From a virus (Duplodnaviria; Caudoviricetes): DNA of 31,394 nt. The notes under the pieces were generated by a model. The model saw only the letters and a program-made list of their open reading frames with translations. It was not told the DNA's origin and did not search any database. Below, one piece after another: positions 26,430-31,394 of this stretch; position 1 is the stretch's first letter; the number at the start of each line of letters is the position of its first letter. The DNA lies in IMG/VR virus record IMGVR_UViG_3300014877_000004, positions 1-31,394 of that record; one strand, given 5' to 3'. Both the position numbers and the translations under genes were made by a program.

Positions 26430-27683
26430 TCAAGGACTTAGAGGATCCATAGTACAGGGATCACGAATGATGTGGCTTAGGGCCTCGGCCATGGCATCTG
26501 CATCTGAAGTTAACTCGAAGTAGTGGCCACACTCATCGAAGTCTTCCCTGTAGGCAGGAAGCGTAACGATGGCGAAGTATTCTCCCCTTGTTAGGCCACC
26601 ACACATTTCAGTTTCTGAAATTCTTGGGAACCTATAGGTTTGTCCTGATTCATCTGTAAAGACAATGATAATGTGAATCGTTCCTGGACGCCAGCGAACA
26701 TCTAATTCATCTATACCAAGTTCATAGACAACATCCCAGGATGGCTCACTTCCTCCAGATCCTGCAAGGGAACTGCTTGACAGGGCAGCACTAAAGGTAG
26801 GAAAGTCACTTAGAGGTAACAGCACTCGGGTTTCTGTGTCGTCCATAAAATCCGGGAAAACAACAATGGCAAACCTGAAGTCTGTGTCTGATGAAAATCT
26901 AGATGAAAAAGTATCAGTGGCCCTTCTCACGGCCTCAGTTCTTCCGGACATAGAACCTGAGGTATCAATAGCGTAAACGATATCAAATCCCGTAATGTTA
27001 ATTGGAACACACGTCAGGGGTACAGCACTTGTTTGTAGGCTGTCCGTGCATCCATCGCAATCGTTGTCGACGCCGTCACAAACCAAAACGCCGGCCTCTT
27101 CTACAGGAGGAACGCTTCCAATGCACTCCTGCCAAAGGCCTTCTGCACAAATTTGAGAGCCCCTCACACAAGGAAGCGGCAGTCTTGTCTCAGCAGGGAT
27201 ATCACGTCCATAGCAATACCTAGAAAGCGGCCCACCAGAGTCACCATCAATTTCTCCATCACAATCGTTGTCGAGACCATCACAGACCTCAGGTACGCAC
27301 TCAACGAAGGAACACAGGCTTTCTAAGCAGGCATATCCTGCACCACACTCAGAATCAAACTCACAGGGACGACCCGTAGGATCTACAGGGTGACACATTC
27401 CAAATCGACAATCAGCACCATCACCACAGGCAACGTTTATTCCACAACTACAAACGCCACCCATACAGGCATCGGCATTTGGAGGGCTACAAACGTTACC
27501 ACACCTACCACAATTCCAAAAGTCTTCTGAAAGGGTTTCTTCCTCGCATGGGTGATCAGGGGAGGTGTAGGTTCCTGAGTCTATGTGTGGCACAGGTATG
27601 TCTGTGTCAGGTAACCTGTTTGAACATCCCCACACCAAGGAGAATACTAGAAAAACCGTACCAACAAATAGAAGCTGCCTCAT
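26430..27683 (-). CDS. Putative lipoprotein with Cys-rich repeats, CDGxDNDCDG (MopE-related) metal-binding motifs and a C-terminal vWA domain
   Basis: Signal peptide ending LVWG-C20; NCGRCGNVC; EVCDGLDNDCDGEID and VCDGVDNDCDGCTD; vWA DIVYAIDTSGSMS (MIDAS DxSxS) ... IIIVFTDE. Confidence 0.85.
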   Translation of the reverse strand: MRQLLFVGTVFLVFSLVWGCSNRLPDTDIPVPHIDSGTYTSPDHPCEEETLSEDFWNCGRCGNVCSPPNADACMGGVCSCGINVACGDGADCRFGMCHPVDPTGRPCEFDSECGAGYACLESLCSFVECVPEVCDGLDNDCDGEIDGDSGGPLSRYCYGRDIPAETRLPLPCVRGSQICAEGLWQECIGSVPPVEEAGVLVCDGVDNDCDGCTDSLQTSAVPLTCVPINITGFDIVYAIDTSGSMSGRTEAVRRATDTFSSRFSSDTDFRFAIVVFPDFMDDTETRVLLPLSDFPTFSAALSSSSLAGSGGSEPSWDVVYELGIDELDVRWRPGTIHIIIVFTDESGQTYRFPRISETEMCGGLTRGEYFAIVTLPAYREDFDECGHYFELTSDADAMAEALSHIIRDPCTMDPLSP

Positions 27684-27724
27684 ACACTAAAGCATGAGGC
27701 AGTTCCAAGAAGGTTTATAGCACT

Positions 27725-28498
27725 TTATTTCGAGGTATCCGGGGCATCAACTGCCAGGAACTTGTCAATGAAAGATTTTTCCTTGGAAAACACGGGGATT
27801 TCGTTGTCAACAACCCACTCATTGCGGGTGACAACCTCTCCATTAATCTTCATGACCCTTGGAGTCTGAACGATGCATCGTCCACGTCTCTGGGAAATTG
27901 GAAGGTCATTCCAATTCTGGCCCTTGGCGAAACACAGGTCTTGAAGTTCCGAGTTGTTCTTATTCATGAGTTCCTTGTGGGAATACAGGGAACGAGCCAA
28001 CATCTGAACGGAGTTGCGGGTAGCATCCTGCTGCCTCCACACAAAGTAGTTATTTACCTCGGTCTCAGGAAGGATGAAAACCCTGGAATCAAAGTAAGCT
28101 GGCTTGCATCCTGCCTCTTGCCAGATTATCTTGCTATTCAGAGAAAAAGTGGTAGAGGCAATGGAGGCACTCACACTGACCATCTTCTGAACCTCATTGT
28201 CAAACCAAGCCTGGGAGACAAGTCTTTTGTAGTTGTGGAGCAGAAGGCTAATTTCGTCACTCTGCACGTAGGCCACCTGCACGCCCTGTAGTTGCTTGCA
28301 AAGCTCAAGGGCAGTCATGTCCATGACTCTGACAAGATTGGCATCCCAGGGTCTCTGACACCCCTTGGTGTAGGTGTGGAAAGCCTTGCCGTCAATACGG
28401 ATAACCACAGGCAGTCTGCGGGGAAGACTAGTTTTGGTAGCCTCCTCATAACCCTTCATGCGATCCCCAAGGGAGTCGCCTTTCTTCTGTTCTTTCAT
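27725..28498 (-). CDS. thg1: tRNA(His) guanylyltransferase / Thg1-like 3'-5' polymerase; start probably ATG 28498
   Basis: RMKGYE, IRIDGKAFH, YVQSDEISL, FDSR, YFVWRQQDATRNS, WNDLP...RRG. Confidence 0.93.
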   Translation of the reverse strand: MKEQKKGDSLGDRMKGYEEATKTSLPRRLPVVIRIDGKAFHTYTKGCQRPWDANLVRVMDMTALELCKQLQGVQVAYVQSDEISLLLHNYKRLVSQAWFDNEVQKMVSVSASIASTTFSLNSKIIWQEAGCKPAYFDSRVFILPETEVNNYFVWRQQDATRNSVQMLARSLYSHKELMNKNNSELQDLCFAKGQNWNDLPISQRRGRCIVQTPRVMKINGEVVTRNEWVVDNEIPVFSKEKSFIDKFLAVDAPDTSK

Positions 28499-28508
28499 GG
28501 TGTGTACG

Positions 28509-29141
28509 TTATTCTTTCTCGACGCTCTGACGCCAAATCTGTACTCTTTCCTGGGCATCCTCAATGCGCCTCAGGTACTGCTCGAAATAGGGGAGCTTTG
28601 GGGACTTGCCATTTGCAATGAGGTTTAGGAAGACACCAAGGTCGTCATAAAGTTTCTTGAGGGTAGGCCCAGCCTTCATGAGCTTCTGAGTCTTGTCTGC
28701 CCTCATGACCAGCCGATTTTCCTCGATAAGGGCATCACGTTCAGCCTTACGACTGGCCATAAGTTCCTCAACGGAAATGCCCTTTTTCTTGGCTTCCTTC
28801 TCGTTGGTGATCTTGCGTTCCTTGGCAAGTACCTTGGCACGGTGTTTACGATGAGTCTCCCGGGAGGCAATCAGGGCTTTGTCAATCTGTTCAGACACCT
28901 TCTTATTGGCATATTGCCAATTGTAGTCGTACTTGATCCAAGTCAAGCCCTTGTCTATGCTGACATACCCAGCATTTTGAGTGTAACCGCCCCAATAAGA
29001 GCCTGCTCCACCACCTCGATTTTGTGGAGTTTCTACTTCCCACTTGAAATGATATGGTCCATGGGTTTTAATGACGCCTGGCTGTTCAGCGAAAACTTGC
29101 CACCCTGTGGTAGTGTTCATACTGTGATACATGCTACTCAT
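28509..29141 (-). CDS. Hypothetical basic protein, 210 aa
   Basis: Clean ORF tightly spaced with its neighbours: aromatic N-domain, long basic helix, helical C-terminus. Confidence 0.7.
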   Translation of the reverse strand: MSSMYHSMNTTTGWQVFAEQPGVIKTHGPYHFKWEVETPQNRGGGAGSYWGGYTQNAGYVSIDKGLTWIKYDYNWQYANKKVSEQIDKALIASRETHRKHRAKVLAKERKITNEKEAKKKGISVEELMASRKAERDALIEENRLVMRADKTQKLMKAGPTLKKLYDDLGVFLNLIANGKSPKLPYFEQYLRRIEDAQERVQIWRQSVEKE

Positions 29142-29152
29142 TTTTGGTCCTC

Positions 29153-29902
29153 TTAATAACGCCTTCTTTTGCGTGGTACGTAGTCTGTTGCAAACTGTCT
29201 GAGCATCTTGGAAAGACTCTGTAGACGCCTACCGGTATACAACATTTGATCACTCTGGGCGGTGTTGTACCGTTGTTCCCCTAGAGTCTTGATAGCCTGT
29301 TCCAACTCACTCTTGATTCTACCCAACTCTGAGGTATGAACCATGAACTTGGATAACATTCTGGCAGCCCTACGTTTGGCGGTTTGTTCGTCATGTTGGG
29401 CTTTTTGTTGAGTCTTAAAGTTCTCAAAGGTAAGACCAAGCTTGGCTGCACGTCTTTCCTCAGAAGCCTTCTTCTTAGCAGCCCGTTCTGCGTCTCTCTT
29501 GCTTTTCACATTAAAACAGAGACTGTCATAAGTTTGTCGAGCGGGCTCACCGAAAATAGCACCTAGGTCATAGAAGGATATCCAAACGCCCGTGGTACTC
29601 TCCGGGTTAAACATTCCTTGGTCCTTGAAGGAGGTGTGATAGTATCGATACCCTCCGGCACCAATTGGAGAAGTATTAGGGGGCGCCGGGTATTGACCTG
29701 GCACGAAGAGGAAGTTGGTTACTCCGGTACCGTAACGCAAGTTACCAGAGCTAAAGCGACTCAACAGGGTTGAATCCTGATTAGCAACCTCTGGGGCAAT
29801 CCTTAGAAGGGCGTGATAGTCACCCACAAAGGTCTTGAAGGGACTTAAGTCGAAGATTTCACCCTCAAGGTGGAATGGAAAATAGTGCCAGGTCCTAGCC
29901 AT
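29153..29902 (-). CDS. Hypothetical basic protein, 249 aa
   Basis: Clean ORF preceded by a sigma70-like promoter; architecture similar to the adjacent ORF. Confidence 0.7.
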   Translation of the reverse strand: MARTWHYFPFHLEGEIFDLSPFKTFVGDYHALLRIAPEVANQDSTLLSRFSSGNLRYGTGVTNFLFVPGQYPAPPNTSPIGAGGYRYYHTSFKDQGMFNPESTTGVWISFYDLGAIFGEPARQTYDSLCFNVKSKRDAERAAKKKASEERRAAKLGLTFENFKTQQKAQHDEQTAKRRAARMLSKFMVHTSELGRIKSELEQAIKTLGEQRYNTAQSDQMLYTGRRLQSLSKMLRQFATDYVPRKRRRY

Positions 29903-29910
29903 ACCCCTTT

Positions 29911-29939
29911 AGAATATCACGGATTTTTTTGCTTTTAAA
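29911..29939 (-). promoter_or_regulatory. Sigma70-like promoter TTTAAA-17bp-TATTCT with extended -10 TG
   Basis: Minus strand reads TTTAAA agcaaaaaaatccgTGa TATTCT, immediately after the MCP terminator and 8 nt before the ATG at 29902. Confidence 0.45.
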
Positions 29940-29942
29940 GCT

Positions 29943-29971
29943 AAAGAGCCCAAGTCGTTAGACTCAGGCTC
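29943..29971 (-). terminator. Rho-independent terminator after the major capsid gene
   Basis: GAGCCTGAGTC-TAAC-GACTTGGGCTC, an 11 bp stem with two G-U pairs, followed by TTTAGCTTT; 29 nt after the MCP stop. Confidence 0.7.
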
Positions 29972-30000
29972 AATTCAGCTATTCAGGTATTACCCCGATA

Positions 30001-31394
30001 TTAGATGAGGTTCATGTCGAGAACCGTTACGGTTGCGTAGAAGTCATTTCTGACCATTCTCTTGCCGTAGCGAGTCATGACACCCTTACGAGGAGTGAAG
30101 TCCTCCTGTGCGTAAATCACAGGCGTAAGGATAAGAGGAACGTAAGGAGCGTAGATATAACCACTCTCAAGGAAGGTGTTACCCTTTAGACCAAGGAGGA
30201 TCTTGTTGCTTGGGAAGTATGGGTCCTTGTAAACCGTGTAACGGTTGTTAAGGGTACCAACTGCCTCTGCACCAATGGTCATGCTGTCACGTACCTGGCC
30301 GTCGCTGTCAAGTCTGTAAGCAGGCTTGTACGAGACAAGATGCTCAAGAATGGTGCAAACGTCAGGGGACGTTACGATGAAGTTACCAGAACCACGGAGG
30401 GTCTTCTTGTAAATGGTGTTGGATGCATCCGAGATAGTCTCGATAAGCGTCTGGTACCATTCCTGGATATTCACGAATGCCATTGGACCTGGGGCCAACG
30501 TTGAGGTCTGTAGAGCCTCAGCACCGGTGAACTTGTTGACGATCTTGCCAGGAGCACGGGACCAGTAAAGGTTTGCTGCGCCTGCCTGAGTAAGAAGGTC
30601 GTTTAGGATTTCACGGTCGATATCAAGCGTAATCATCTCAGAGAGAATGTTAGTAAGCTCAACCTCGATATCAATCGAGTAGAAGGCCGTAAGGTCCTGA
30701 GCCATTTCTGGCGACCAACGAGCACGTAGCTTACGGGTTGTTGCCGTAACGCTGGTGGACTCGATTCGAATGTCAACCTCTGGGATCCTTGGCGATGCCT
30801 GGACCGAGAAATCAGATTCGAAAGATGGGATAGTAAGGGTTGCGCCGTCACCATTGACCGTTAGAGAGTCACTGATAGCTGCGGAGCCGGTTACCTGTGC
30901 AATGGAAGTTGCAGGCTGTGGAGGTGCACCGGTGTTGCTGACACGAAGGACGAACAACACGTGAGATCCATTGAGAGGATCTGGGGTAAAGATACCCGTG
31001 GAAGAACTCCAGTTACCACGACGGTTCAACTTACGAAGGTTGAGAACGCCGGTACCACCCTGGTACTGCTCGCCCCAAGCCACTGCTCCGCCAGCATTGT
31101 TACCAAAGCCGGTGATTGCAATCTGCTCAAGGTTGGTAAGGTCAGCACCAACGATGTTGGTGGTGATCGTACCTGAGGTCAGGAACATGAAGGTATAGTC
31201 AAGGACGTTGTCCGTGAGGTCGACTTCAATCTTACCATCGTAGTTGACATAACGAGCATTGAAGCCAGTGAAGTCATCTGCGGTCTTGACCGTTGCAGTT
31301 GCGCCGGTCGTCCATACGGAACCCGAGGACCAGAAACCAATGTCTGCGTTAGACGAAGAAATGGCCGAACTGGTCTTGTGAACCTTGGAGTAAC
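30001..31394 (-). CDS. gp23: Major capsid protein (T4 gp23 family); 5'-truncated, frame open to the window edge
   Basis: SVTATTRKLRARWSPEMAQDL, LDIDREIL, TLRGSGNFIVTSP, VYKDPY, GYIYAPYVPL, DFTPRKGVMTRYG. Manual translation shows no stop between 31188 and 31394, so the track's ATG is internal. Confidence 0.95.
   Translation of the reverse strand, partial: YSKVHKTSSAISSSNADIGFWSSGSVWTTGATATVKTADDFTGFNARYVNYDGKIEVDLTDNVLDYTFMFLTSGTITTNIVGADLTNLEQIAITGFGNNAGGAVAWGEQYQGGTGVLNLRKLNRRGNWSSSTGIFTPDPLNGSHVLFVLRVSNTGAPPQPATSIAQVTGSAAISDSLTVNGDGATLTIPSFESDFSVQASPRIPEVDIRIESTSVTATTRKLRARWSPEMAQDLTAFYSIDIEVELTNILSEMITLDIDREILNDLLTQAGAANLYWSRAPGKIVNKFTGAEALQTSTLAPGPMAFVNIQEWYQTLIETISDASNTIYKKTLRGSGNFIVTSPDVCTILEHLVSYKPAYRLDSDGQVRDSMTIGAEAVGTLNNRYTVYKDPYFPSNKILLGLKGNTFLESGYIYAPYVPLILTPVIYAQEDFTPRKGVMTRYGKRMVRNDFYATVTVLDMNLI

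Noticed and set aside
1-31394. Stop-codon reassignment (code 15 or code 4), as found in some large phages
   Set aside because: Genes are full-length and densely tiled in code 11, and TAA, TAG and TGA all end plausible genes.
1-31394. CRISPR arrays, tRNA genes or large ncRNAs
   Set aside because: No regularly spaced repeats or cloverleaf motifs were seen, and intergenic gaps are under about 125 nt. A covariance-model scan was not possible.

Overview
This window is a segment of a large T4-like (contractile-tailed, probably jumbo) phage genome in standard code 11. It holds the virion morphogenesis module, almost all on the minus strand. In transcription order: major capsid protein (5'-truncated), a ~7 kb accessory block, neck/adaptor and head-closure genes, two kinase-like paralogues, a tail terminator, two ~1000 aa tail sheath paralogues, putative internal head proteins, tail tube, a Zn-ribbon tail/hub assembly chaperone, a GIY-YIG homing endonuclease, a Nudix hydrolase, tape measure, and a 3'-truncated post-TMP gene. 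The accessory block encodes a Thg1-like 3'-5' polymerase, a Cys-rich vWA lipoprotein, an RNA ligase, a DUF192 protein, an ADP-ribosylglycohydrolase and a HAD phosphatase. Main observations: (1) a candidate +1 (or -2) programmed frameshift at TTT TTT TGG giving a G/GT-type chaperone pair; (2) a TANTTA motif just upstream of ten morphogenesis-region genes (candidate late promoter), while two accessory genes instead have sigma70-like promoters; (3) a myxobacterial-style vWA/Cys-repeat surface lipoprotein; (4) tandem atypical kinases inside the neck module; (5) an RNA/ADP-ribose repair toolkit; (6) a recurring 'KLTxEQL(K/R)xxIxE' motif that may target proteins to the head. All family calls come from motif recognition by eye; no searches were run.
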